This document shows, one piece after another, positions 1 to 13,370 of a DNA stretch of 64,000 bases. The position numbers were made by a program, and so were the translations under genes. The notes below the pieces were generated by a model. The model was not told the origin of the DNA, searched no databases, and worked only from the letters and a program-made list of their open reading frames with translations. This DNA comes from Phoronis australis (Eukaryota > Animalia > Phoronida), in the NCBI GenBank assembly GCA_002633005.1, contig NMRA01000594.1, forward strand, positions 186,268 through 250,267, given 5' to 3'. Numbering within the stretch: the first letter of the stretch is position 1; every line of letters begins with the position of its first letter.

Positions 1-131
1 GGGGGCAAACCCCCCTTCCGACCTCCCCCCATTCGGTGCTATGCGCATCTACAATCGTGGTTGGCGCAAATGCTTACGGCCGGACAAAATGTTGGGCCCC
101 CCCCCCTTGTGATATCCTGGATCCGCCACTG
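1..131. mobile_element. Terminus of a hAT-like MITE
   Basis: C-rich runs ending in ...TCCTGGATCCGCCACTG (reverse complement CAGTGGCGGATCCAGGA), a terminal motif typical of hAT-type MITEs. The other end lies outside the window. Confidence 0.5.
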
Positions 132-712
132 TGTTGAGTGCACGCATGTAGACATGCGTAAGGCTGGAGTATGTCGCCAGTACAGTAACAACGGCAGTGT
201 AGACATTCTTCTTCCGTAACGAAAGGCATTAACTAGCTTGCCCGTATTTCCGCACCAAAAGGACAGGACATGATGAGGTAAAACAATCAAATCAAAGGCA
301 AATGTCTTTGCGGTATCAGTGTTCTAGACAATAGCTGTGTAATTTAAATTGTAAAAGTTAAAAGTTAACATTTTGCTATGCTAATTGGTTTATCGAAACT
401 AGCAAATGACTTTGTCACGGTGACTGCACTTCATGGGATAAACCGGGTACGAGATAAGATTGTTTTGTAAGTCAGAAGCCATGTCTGGCCAAAAAGCAAT
501 CAGGTGTCCCAGTCATGTTACCCGACTGAGGTGACAGAGTGAATGACATCCTCTGGTGAGATCCCACCAAAAAGACAATATTCATCATTGACTACATGAA
601 TAGCAAGAAGGAGCATATGTTAATAAAAACGACAGGTTTAATTCGGCTGGACATGTTTAACACCATCCTCACAAGGAAAACAGCGACCGTCTTGCTAGAC
701 ACAACAACAAGT

Positions 713-3700
713 AACTAGAAAGATTATTGTCACGGCGTGACAATAACGGACTCTGCACGAGCGTATTTCTGGAATTATTATGGGAAGTTACTTAAAGTAA
801 CCCGTTTACCAATAAGAAAGGGAATTCTTTAAAATTGCAGGAGAAATTACATATTAATTTTTTGATGACCTTTCCACTAATTGACCCCTTCTGGTGCATT
901 ATGAGCCCCGATGACCGAGTAATTGTTAACTCGATTAAAAGTGTGGTTAATGCTAATAATCACAGATGTTTCACTTTAAGCACTTCAAAATACAAGATGA
1001 ATGAAGTGGTCCAATTTTTTTAAGAGAAATGCACCTAATGACCCCATGGGTGCACCAAATGACCTGAAAATTTAGAAGTCAAACTCAATTGCAACAGATA
1101 CGTAATTCTGAAGTCTCTAGCTCAAAATTTTTGTTTGCACTCGATGACCTTTGACCTATTTTTTCTGGTTGGTTAGGCCTATTTTAAAGTAAAGTAGGGT
1201 ATTCAATTGGCATGTTGACTTACACCAGTGTGCTGAAATTGAAAAGAATTCCTTGAAAAACGTAAGAGACATAACATGTTGAACGTTACATGACCGTTGC
1301 ACTATTTGACCTAATCCGGTGCATTTTAAGCATCTTTAGGAGAATTATTGCAAAGCCCATGGAAAATGTGGTTAACGCTGAGAATCACAGTTGTCTAACA
1401 GTTGACACATCAGAATACTTGCTGATTGAAAAGGTTAAATTTTCAGAAGAGAAATGCACCTAATGACCCCATGTTTGCACTAAATGACCTGAAACTTTAG
1501 ATTCCGATTTGATTTACCTGTGGCAATCAGACCTGCCAATTTGAGGTGTCTAGCTCAAAATTTTAGTTTGCACCTAATGACCTTTGACCTATTTCACCTG
1601 ATTGGATGACCCAATTACTTAGAAAAGTAATTTTTTAAATTGTCTTGTTGAGATATACCTGTGCACCGAATTTGCAAAAGATAGCTTAAAAACTGAAGGA
1701 AGAGTAGTATTTTGAAAATTATATGACCTTTGCACCAAACGACCACTTCCGGTGCAATATGGAGTATGATTATATAACCAATCAAAATATATATACAGTC
1801 AAAAGTCATATGCTGAATTTAAAGACCGTACCTGCACCCAATTTGGAGTTATTAAGCCTCAAATTTGGTCGGAAGAAGAATAAGAATAAGAAGAATAAGA
1901 AATAGAAAGATTATTGTCACAGCGTGACAATAACAGACTCTGCGCGTGCGTATTACAAGATTATTATGGGAAGTTACTGACAGCAACCCGTTTACCAATA
2001 TGAAAAGGAATTCTTTAAAATTGTAGGAGAAATTACATATTAATTTTTTGATGACCTTCCCCTAATTGACCTCTTCCGGTGCATTATGAAAACCGATGAG
2101 TGAGTAATTGTACAACCAATTTAAANNNNNNNNNNNNNNNNNNNNNNNNNNNNNNNNNNNNNNNNNNNNNNNNNNNNNNNNNNNNNNNNNNNNNNNNNNN
2201 NNNNNNNNNNNNNNNNNNNNNNNNNNNNNNNNNNNNNNNNNNNNNNNNNNNNNNNNNNNNNNNNNNNNNNNNNNNNNNNNNNNNNNNNNNNNNNNNNNNN
2301 NNNNNNNNNNNNNNNNNNNNNNNNNNNNNNNNNNNNNNNNNNNNNNNNNNNNNNNNNNNNNNNNNNNNNNNNNNNNNNNNNNNNNNNNNNNNNNNNNNNN
2401 NNNNNNNNNNNNNNNNNNNNNNNNNNNNNNNNNNNNNNNNNNNNNNNNNNNNNNNNNNNNNNNNNNNNNNNNNNNNNNNNNNNNNNNNNNNNNNNNNNNN
2501 NNNNNNNNNNNNNNNNNNNNNNNNNNNNNNNNNNNNNNNNNNNNNNNNNNNNNNNNNNNNNNNNNNNNNNNNNNNNNNNNNNNNNNNNNNNNNNNNNNNN
2601 NNNNNNNNNNNNNNNNNNNNNNNNNNNNNNNNNNNNNNNNNNNNNNNNNNNNNNNNNNNNNNNNNNNNNNNNNNNNNNNNNNNNNNNNNNNNNNNNNNNN
2701 NNNNNNNNNNNNNNNNNNNNNNNNNNNNNNNNNNNNNNNNNNNNNNNNNNNNNNNNNNNNNNNNNNNNNNNNNNNNNNNNNNNNNNNNNNNNNNNNNNNN
2801 NNNNNNNNNNNNNNNNNNNNNNNNNNNNNNNNNNNNNNNNNNNNNNNNNNNNNNNNNNNNNNNNNNNNNNNNNNNNNNNNNNNNNTTGCACTATTTGACC
2901 TAATCCGGTGCATTTTAAGCATCTTTAGGAGAATTATTGCAAAGCCCATGGAAAATGTGGTTAACGCTGAGAATCACAGTTGTCTAACGGTTGACACATC
3001 AGAATACTTGTTGATTGAAAAGGTTAAATTTTCAGAAGAGAAATGCACCTAATGACCCCATGTTTGCACTAAATGACCTGAAACATTAGATTCCGATTTG
3101 ATTTACCTGTGGCAATCAGACCTGCCAATTTGAGGTGTCTAGCTCAAAATTTTAGTTTGCACCTAACGACCTTTGACCTATTTCACCTGATTGGATGAAA
3201 CAATAACTTAGAAAAGTAATTTTTAAAATCGTCATGTTGAGATATACCTGTGCACCGAATTTGCAAAAGATAGCTTAAAAACTGAAGGAAGAGTAGTATT
3301 TTGAAAATTATATGACCTTTGCACCAAACGACCACTTCCGGTGCAATATGGAGTATGATTATATTACCAATCAAAATTTATATACTGTCAAAAGTAATAT
3401 GCTGAATTTAAAGACTGTACCAGCACCCAATTTGGAGTTATCAAGCCTCAAATTTGGTCGGAAGAAGAATAAGAATAAGAAGAATAAGAACTAGAAAGGT
3501 TATTGTCACGGCGTGACAATAATGGACTCTGCGCGTGCGTATTAAAGGAATTGTTATGGGAAGTTACTGACAGCAACCCCGTTTACCAATATGAAAAGAA
3601 ATTCTTTAAAATTGTAGGAGTAATTACATGCTAATGTTTTGATGACCTTTCCACTAACTGACCTCTTCCGGTGCATTATGAACCCCAGTGAGGGAATAAT

Positions 3701-6700
3701 TGTACAACCAATTTAAATTATAGTTAATGCTAAGAATCATAGATTTTTTGCTTTAAGCACTTAAGAATACAACATGAATGAATTGGTAAAACTTTCAGAA
3801 GAAAAATGCACCTAATGACCCCATGGATGCACCAAATGACCCAAAAATTTAGAATTCAAACTCAATTGCGTTTAGTAAACAGATACGTAATTTTGAAGTC
3901 TCTAGCTCAAAATTTTAATTTTGCACTCAATCACCTTTGACCTATTTTTTCTGATTTGTTAGGCCTATTGCGTAGTTAAGTAGGTTGTTCAACTGGCATG
4001 TTGACATACACTAGTGTGCTGAAATTGAATAGAATTCTTTGAAAAACGTAAGAGATATAACATTTTGAACGTTAACTGACCTTTGCACTAATTGACCCTA
4101 TGTTGTCTAACGGTTGACTCATCAGTGTACTTGGAGAATGAAAAGGTTAAATTTTCAGAAGAAAAATGCACCTATTGACCCCATGTTTGCACTAAATGAC
4201 CGGAAACTTTGGATTCCAATTTGAATTATCTGTGCCAATCAGAACTGTGAATTTGAAGTGTCTAGCTCAAAATTTTAGTTTGCACGTAATGACCTTTGAC
4301 CTGTTTATCCTGATTGGATGACCCAATTGCTTAGAAAAGTAACTTTTTAAATTGTCATGTTGACTTATACATGTGTGCTGAAATTGAAAAGAATTCCTTG
4401 AAAAACGTAAGAGATATAACAATTTGAACGTTACATGACCTTTGCACTAACTGACCTTATCCGGTGCAATTTAAGCATCTTGATGAGAATTACTGCAAAG
4501 CCAATCGAAAATGTGTTTAACGCTGAGAATCACAGTTGTCTAACGGTTGACACATCAGAATACTTGCAGATTGAAAAGGTCAAATTTTCAGAAGAAAAAT
4601 GCACTTAATGACCCCATGTTTGCACTAAATGACCTGAAACTTTGGATTCCGATTTGATTTACCTGTCGCAATTAGACCTGTCAGTTTAAAGTCTCTAGCT
4701 CAAAATTTTAGTTTGCACCTAATGACCTTTGACCTATTTCACCTGATTGGATGACCTGATTACTTAGAAAAGTAATTTTAAAAATTGTCATATTGACTTA
4801 TACCAGTGTACCGAATTTGAAAAAGGTAGCTTTAAAACTGAAGGAGGTGTAGCATTTTGAAAATTATATGACCTTTGCACCAAATGACCCCTTCCGGTGC
4901 AATAAGGAGTATGATTATATAACCAATCAAAATTTATATACATTCAAAAGTCATATGCTGAATTTAAAGACCGTACCTGCACCCAATTTGGAGTTATTAA
5001 GCCTCAAATTTGGTCGGAAAAAGAATAAGAAGAATAAGAATAAAAACTAGAAAGATTATTGTCACGGCGTGACAATAATGGACTCTGCGCGTGCGTATTA
5101 AAGGAAGTGTTATGGGAAGTTACTGAGAGCAACCCCGTTTACCAAATTATGAAAAGAAATTCTTTGAAATTGTAGGAATAATTACATGCTAATATTTTGA
5201 TGACCTTTCCACTAACTGACCTCTTCCGGTGCATTATGAACCCCAGTGAGGGAATATTTGTACAACCAATTTAAAGTATAGTTAATGCTAAGAATCACAA
5301 ATGTTTTGCTTTAAGCACTTAAGAATACAACATGAATTAATTGGTCAAACTTTCAGAAGAAAAATGCACCTAATGACCCCATGGATGCACCAAATGACCC
5401 AAAAATTTAGAATTCAAACTCAATCGCGTTTAATAAACAGATATGTAATTTTGAAGTCTCTAGCTCAAACTTTAAATTTTGCACTGAATGACCTTTGACC
5501 TATTTTTTCTGATTGGTTAGGCCTATTGCGTAGTTAGGTAGGTTGTTCAATTGGCATGTTGACATACACTAGTGTGCTGAAATTGAAAAGAATTCCATGA
5601 AAAACGTAAGAGATATAACTTTTTGAACGTTAACTGACCTTTGCACTAATTGACCCTATCCGGTGCATTATAAGCGTCTTTAAGAGAATTATTGCAAAGC
5701 CCATGAAATATATGTTTAATGCTGTGAATCACAGTTGTCTAACGGTTGACACATCAGTGTACTTGGAGAATGAATTGGCCAAATTTTCAGAAGAAAAATG
5801 CACCTAATGACCCCATGTTTGCACTTAATGACCTGAAACTTTGGATTCCAAATTGAATTGTCTGTGCCAATCAGAACTGTGAATTTGAAGTGTCTAGCTC
5901 AAAATTTTAGTTTGCACCTAATGACCTTTGACCTGCTTAACCTGATTGGATGACCCAATTGCTTAGAAAAGTAATTTTTTAAATTGTCAGGTTGACTTAT
6001 ACCGGTGTGCTGAAATTGAAAAGAATTCCTTAAAAAACCTAAGAGATATAACATTTTGAACATTACATGACCTTTGCACTAATTGACCTTATCCGGTGCA
6101 TGTTAAGCATCTTCAGGAGAATTATTGCAAAGCCCATGGAAAATGTGTTTAATGCTGAGAATCACAGTTGTCTAACGGTTAACACATCAGAAAACTTGCT
6201 GATTGAAAAGGTCAAACTTTCAGAAGTAAAATGCACCTATTGACCCCATGTTTAAACTAAATGACCTGAAACTTTGGATTCTGATTTGATTTTCCTGTGG
6301 CAATCAGACCTGTCAATTTGAAGTGTCTAGCTCAAAATTTTAGTTTGCACCTAATGACCTTTGACCTATTTCACCTGATTGGATGACCCGGTTACTTAGA
6401 AAAGTAATCTTTTTAATTGTCATGTTGGCTTATACCTGTGTACCGAATTTGAAAAAGATAGCTTTAAAACTGAAGGAGTAGTAGCATTTTGAAAATTATA
6501 TGACCTTAGCACCAAACGACATCTTCCGGTGCAATATGGAATATAATTACATAATTAATCAAAATTTATATCATGTCAAAATTCATATGCTGAATTTAAA
6601 GACCGTACCTGCACCCAATTTGGAGTTATTAAGCCTCAAATTTGGTCGGAAGAAGAATAAGAAGAATGAGAAGAATAAGAATAAGAATAAAATTGAAGAA

Positions 6701-9700
6701 AACCCAGGAACAACAGTACTCTGCGCTTACACGCGCAGAGTAATAAAATTGAAGAAAACCCAGGAACAACAGTACTCTGCGCTTACACGCGTAGAGTAAT
6801 AAGAATAAAATTGAAGAAAACCCAGGAACAACAGTATTCTGCGCTTGAACGCGCAGAGTAATAATATTGAAGAAAACCCTGGAACAACAGTACTCTGCGC
6901 TTACACGCGCAGAGTAACTAGAAAGATTGTTGTCACCGCGTGACAATAACAGACTCTGCGCGTGCGTATTACAAGATTATTATGGGAAGTTACTGACAGC
7001 AACCCGTTTACCAATATGAAAACGAATTTTTTAAAATTGTAGGAGAAATTACATATTAATTTTTTGATGACCTTTCCACTAATTGACCTCTTCCGGTGCA
7101 TTATGAAAACCGATGAGGGAGTAATGGTTAACTCAATTAAAAGTGTGGTTAATTCTAATAATCGCAGATGTTTTACTTCAAGCACTTCAGAACACAAGAT
7201 GAATGAGGTGGTCAAACTTTCAGAAGAAAAATGCACCTAATGACCCCATGGGTGCACCAAATGACCTGAAAATTTAGAGTTCAAACTCAATCGCACATTG
7301 TAAACAGATACGTAATTATGAAGTCTCTAGCTCAAAATTTTACTTTGCACTCAATGACCTTTGACCTATTTTTCTGATTGGTTAGGCCTATTGCAAACTA
7401 AAGTACGGTATTCAATTGGCATGTTGACTTACACCAGTGTGCTGAAATTGAAAAGAATTCCTTGAAAAACTTAAGACATGTAACATTTTAAACGTTACAA
7501 GACCTTTGCACTAATTGACCTTATCCGGTGCATTTTAAGCATCTTTAGGAGAATTATTGCAAAGCCCATGGAAAATGTGTTTAACGCTGATAATTACAGT
7601 TGTCTAACAGTTGAGACATCAGAATACTTGCTGATATAAAAGGACAAATTTTCAGAAAAAAATGCACCTAATGACCCCATGTTTGCACTAAATGACCTGA
7701 AACTATATTCCGAGTTGATTTACCTGTGGCAATCAGACCTGTCAATTTGAAGTGTCTAGCTCAAAATTTTAGTTTGCACCTAATGACCTTTGACCTATTT
7801 CACCTGATTGGATGACCCGATTACATAGAAAAGTAATTTTTTAAATTGTCATGATGATTGATACCTGTGCACCGAATTTGAAAAAGATAGCTTTAAAACT
7901 GAAGGAGGAGTAGTATTTTGGAAATTATATGACCTTTGCACCAAACCACCTCTTCCGGTTTAACATGGAATATGATTATATAACCAATAAAAAATTATAT
8001 AGTGTCAAAACACATAGGCTGAAATTAAAGACCGTACCTGCACCCAGTTTGGAGTTATTAAGCCTCAAATTTGGTCGGAAGAAGAATAAGAAGAATAAGA
8101 AGAATAAGAAGAAGAATAAGAATAAGAATAAAATTGAAAAAAACCCAGGAACAACAGTACTCTGCGCTTACACGTGCAGAGTACTAAGAACTATAAAGAT
8201 TATTGTCACGGCGTGACAATAACGGAGTCTGCGCGTGCGTATTACTGGAATTATTATGGAAGTTACTGACAGCAACCCGTTTACCAATATGAAAAGGAAT
8301 TCCTCAAAATTGTAGGAGAAATTACATATTTATTTTTGATGACCTTTCCACTAATTGACCTCTTCCGGTGCATTATGACAACGATGAGTGAGTAATTGTT
8401 AACTCGATTAAAAGTGTGGTTAATGCTAATAATCACAGATGTTTTACTTTAAGCACTTCAGAATACAAGATGAATGAAGTCGTCAAACTTTCAGAAGAAA
8501 AATGCACCTAATGACCCCATGGATGCACCAGATGACCTGAAAATTTAGAATTCAAACTCAATCGCACTTAGTAAACAGATACGTAATTCTGAAGTCTCTA
8601 ACTCAAAATTTTAGTTTGCACTCAATGATCTTGACCTATTTTTTCTGATTGGTTAGGCCTATTGCAAAGTAAAGTAGGGTATTTACTTGGCATGTTGACT
8701 TACACCAGTGTGCTGAAATTGAAAAGAATTCCTTGAAAAACTAAAGAGATATAACATTTTGAACGTTACATGACCTTTGCACTAATTGACGTCATCCGGT
8801 GCATTTTAAGCATCTTTAGGAGAGTTATTGTAAAGCCCATGGAAAATGTGTTAAACGCAGAGAATCACAGTTGTCTAACGGTTGACACATCAGAATACTT
8901 GCTGATTGAAAAGGTTAAATTTTAAGAAGAAAAATGCACCTAATGACCCCATGTTTGCACTAAATGACCTGAAACTTTGGATTCCGATTTGATTTACCTG
9001 TGGCAATCAGACTTGTCAATTTGAAGTGTCTAGCTCAAAATTTTAGTTTGCACCTAAAAACCTTTGACCTATTTCACCTGATTGGATGACCCGATTACTT
9101 AGAAAAGTAATTGTTTAAATTGTCATGTTCACCTTTACCAGTGCACCGAATTTGAAAAAGATAGCTTTAAAACTGAAGGGGGAGTAGGATTTTGAAAATT
9201 ATTTGACCTTTGCATCAAACGACCTCTTCCGGTGCAATATGAAATATGATTATATAACCAATCAAAATTTATATACTTTCAAAAGTCATATGCTGAATTT
9301 AAAGTCGTACCTGCACCCAATTTGGAGTTATTAAGTCTCAAAGTTGGTCGGAAGAAGAATAAGAAGAAGAATAAGAAGAATAAGAATAAAATTGAAGAAA
9401 ACCCAGGAACAACAGTACTCTGCGCTTACACGCGCAGAGAAACAAGAAAGATTATTGTCACGGCGTGGCAATAACGGACCCTGCGCGTGCGTATTACTGG
9501 AATTGTTATGGGAAGTTACTGACAGCAACTCGTTTACCAATATGAAAAAGGAATTCTTTAAAATTGTAGGAGATATTACATATTAATTTTTTGATGACCT
9601 TTCCACTAATTGACCTCTTCCGGTGCATTATGAATTTAAAGACCGTACCTGCACCCATTTTGGAGTTATTAAGTGTCATAATTGTTCGCAAGAAGAGTAA

Positions 9701-12700
9701 AAAGAATAAGTATAAAATTGAAGAAAACCCAGGAACAACAGTACTCTGCGCTGCCACGCACGTAATAAGAAGAATAAGAACTAGAAAGATTATTGTCACG
9801 GCGTGACAATAACAGACTCTACGCGTGCCTATTACTGGAATTATTATGGGAAGTTACTGACAGCAACCCGTTTACCAATATGAAAAGGAATTCCTCAAAA
9901 TTGTCGGAGAAATTACATATTCATTTTTTGATGACCTTTCCACTAATTGACCTCTTCCGGTGCATTATGAGCCCCGATGAGGGTGTACATGTAATTGTTA
10001 ACTCGATAAAAAGTGTGGTTAATGCTAATAGTCACAGATGTTTTACTTTAAGCATTTCAGAATACAAGATGAATGAAATGGTCAAACTTTCAGAAGGAAA
10101 ATGCACCTAATGACCCCATGGGTGCACCAAATGACCTGAAACTTTAGAATTCAAACTCGATCACACTTAGTAAACAGATACGTAATTCGGAAGTCTCTAG
10201 CTCAAAATTTTAGTTTGCACTCAGTGACCTCTGACCTATTTTTTCTGCTTGGTTAAGCCTATTGCGAAGTAAGGTAGGGTATTCAATTGGCATGTTGACT
10301 TACACCAGTGTGCTGAAATTGAAAAGAATTCCTTGAAAAACGTAAGAGATATAACATTTTGAACGTTACATGACTTTTGCACTAGGTAGCCTTATCCGGT
10401 GACTTTTAAGCATATTTACGAGAATTATTGCAAAGCCCATGGAAAACGTGTTTAACGCTGAGAATCACAATTGGCTAATGGTTGACACATCAGAATACTT
10501 GCTGATTGAAAAAGTCAAATTTTCAAAAGAAAAATGCACCTAATTACCCCATGTTTGCACTAAATGACCTGAAACTTTGGATTCCGATTTGATTTACCTG
10601 TGGCAATCAGACCTGTCAATATGAAGTGTCTAGCTCAAAGTTTTAGTTTGCACCTAATGACCTTTGACCTATTTCACCTGATTGGATAACCCGATTCCTT
10701 AGAAAAGTAATTTTTTAAATTGTCATGTTGACTTACACCTGTGCATCGAGTTTGAAAAAGATCGCTTTAAAACTGAGGGAGGAGTAGCATTTTGAAAATT
10801 ATATGACCTTTGCACCAAACGCCCTCCTCCGGTACAATATGGAATATGATTATATAACAAATCAACATTTATTTACTGTCAAAAGTCATATGCTGAATTT
10901 AAAGACCGTACCTGCACCCAATTTGGAGTTATTAAGCCTCAAAAATGGTCGGAAGAAGAATAAGAAGAATAAGAACAAGAACTAGAAAGATTATTGTCAC
11001 GGCGTGACAATAACGGACTCTGCGCGTGCGTATTACTGGAATTATCATGGGAAGTTACTGACAGCAACCCGTTTACCAATATGAAAAGGAAGTATTTAAA
11101 ATTTTTGGAGAAATTACATATTAATTTTTTGATGACCTTTCCACTAATTGACCTCTTCCGGTGCATTATGAGCTCCGATGAGGGAGTAATTGTTAACTCG
11201 ATTAAAATTGTGGTTAATGCTAATAATCACAGATGTTTTACTTTTAGCACTTCAGACTACAAGATGAATGAAGTGGTCAAATTTTCAGAAGAAAAATGCA
11301 TCTAATGACCCCATGAGTGCACCAAATGACCTGAAAATTTAGAATTCAAACTCAATCGCACTTAGTAAACAGATACGTAATTGTGAAGTCTCTAGCTCAA
11401 AGTTTTAGTTTGCACTCAATGACCTTTGACCTATTTATTCTGATTGGTTAGGCCTATTGCAAAGTAAAGTAGGGTATTTAATTGGCATGTTGACTTACAC
11501 CAGTGTGCTGAAATTGAAAAGAATTCCTTGAAAAACGTAAGAGATATAACGTTTTGAACGTTATATGACCTTTGCACTAATTGACCCTATCCGGTGCATT
11601 ATAAGCGTCTTTAGGAGCATTATTGCAAATCCCATCAAAAATGTGTTTAATGCTGAGAAATCACAGTTGCCTAACGGTTGACACATCTGAATACTTGCTG
11701 ATTGAATAGGTCAAATTTTCAGAAGAAAAATGCACCTAATGACCCCATGTTTGCACTAAATGACCTGAAACTTTGGATTCCGATTTGGTTTATCTGTGGC
11801 AATCAGACCTGCCAATTTGAAGTGTCTGGCTTAAAATTTTAGTTTGCACCTAATGACCTTTGACCTATTTCACCTGATTGGATGACCCGATTACTTAGAA
11901 AAGTATTTTTTTAAATTGTTATGTTGACTTACACCAGTGTGCTGAAATTGAAAAGAATTCCTTGAAAAACCTAAGAGATATAACTTTTTGAACGTTAACT
12001 GACCTTTGCACTAATTGACCCTATCCGTGCATTATAAGCGTCTTAAGGAGAATTATTGCAAAGCCCATGGAAAATGTGTGTAATGCTGAGAATCACAGTT
12101 GTCTAACGGTTGACACATCAGTGTACTTGGAGAATAAAAAGGTCAAATTTTCAGAAGAAAAATGCACCTTATGACCCCATGTTTTCACTAAATGACCTGA
12201 AACTTTGGATTCCAAATTGAATTATCTGTGCCAATCAGAACTGTGAATTTGAAGTGTCTACCTCAAAATTTTAGTTTGCACCTATTGACCTTTGACCTGT
12301 TTAACCTGACTGGATGACCCAATTGCTTAGAAAAGTAAGTTTTTAAATTGTCATGTTGACTTATACCTGTGCGCTGAAATTGAAAAGAATTCTTTGAAAA
12401 ACGTAAGAGACATAACATTTTGAACGTTACATGACCTTTGCACTAATTGACCTTATCCGGTGCATTTTAAGCATCTTTTGGAGAATTATTGCAAAGCCCA
12501 TGGAAAATGTGTTTAACGCTGAGAATCACAGTTGCCTAACGGTTGACACATCTGAATACTTGCTGATTGAATAGGTCAAATTTTCAGAAGAAAAATTCAC
12601 CTAATGACCCCATGTTTGCACTAAATGACCTGAAACTTTGGATTCCGGTTTGATTTACCTGTGGCAATCAGACATGTTTATTTGAAGTGTCTAGTTCAAA

Positions 12701-13370
12701 ATTTTAGTTTGCACCTAATGACCTTTGACCTGTTTCACCTGATTGGATGTCCCGATTACTTAGAAAAGTAATTTTTCAAATTGTCATGTTGACCTTTGCC
12801 TGTGCACCGAATTTGAAAAAGATAGCTTTAAAACTGAAGGAGGAGTAGCATTTTGAAAATTATATGACCTTTGCACCAAATGACCCCTTCCGGTGCAATA
12901 TGGAATATGATTATATAATCAATCAAAATTTATATACTATCAAATGTCGTATGCTGAATTTAAAGACCGTGCCTGCACCCAATTTGGAGTTATTAAGCCT
13001 CAAAGTTGGTCGGAAGAAGAATGAGAAGAATAAGAATCAGAATAGGAATATGAAGAATAAGAATAAGAATAAAATTGAAGAAAACCCAGGAACAACAGTA
13101 CTCTGCGCTTACACGCGCAGAGTAATAAGAATAAGAATAAGCATAAGAATAAAATTGAAGAAAACCCGGGAACAACAGTAATCTGCGCTTACACGCGCAG
13201 AGTAATAAGAATAAAATTGAAGAAAACCTAGGAACAACAGTACTCTGCGCTTACACGCGCAGAGTAATAAGAAGAATAAAATTGAAGAAAACCCAGGAAC
13301 AACAGTACTCTGCGCTTACACGAGCAGAGTAAAAAGAATAGAATTGAAGAAAACCCAGGAACAACAGTAC
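713..13370 (-). mobile_element. Cluster 1 of nested non-autonomous Helentron/HINE (DINE-1-like) elements, at least 9 copies
   Basis: 3' termini (plus strand AACTAGAAAGATTATTGTCACGGCGTGACAATAA, i.e. hairpin+CTAG+TT on minus) at about 713, 1900, 3489, 5045, 6916, 8189, 9441, 9779 and 10980. 5' termini have the hairpin ACTCTGCGC-TTACAC-GCGCAGAGT. Subterminal IR ACTCTGCGCGTG/CACGCGCAGAGT, (AAGAAT)n tract, ~433-bp internal monomers, no coding capacity. Confidence 0.85.
2126..2885. other. Assembly gap (760 N)
   Basis: Run of N inside the Helentron-like array. Confidence 0.99.

Noticed and set aside
2062-3052. Long ORFs of 256-314 aa
   Set aside because: Artefacts of the N gap (poly-X).
6690-6917. 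CRISPR-like array of hairpin repeats (also 13072-13370)
   Set aside because: No unique spacers, only microsatellite scraps. No cas genes, eukaryotic context, and the units are Helentron termini.
1723-13181. Recurrent short ORFs (MTFAPND...KKNKN and similar) as a tandem peptide gene family
   Set aside because: They are translations of the non-coding repeat running into the microsatellite. Stops and frameshifts vary between copies and there is no splice or domain evidence.
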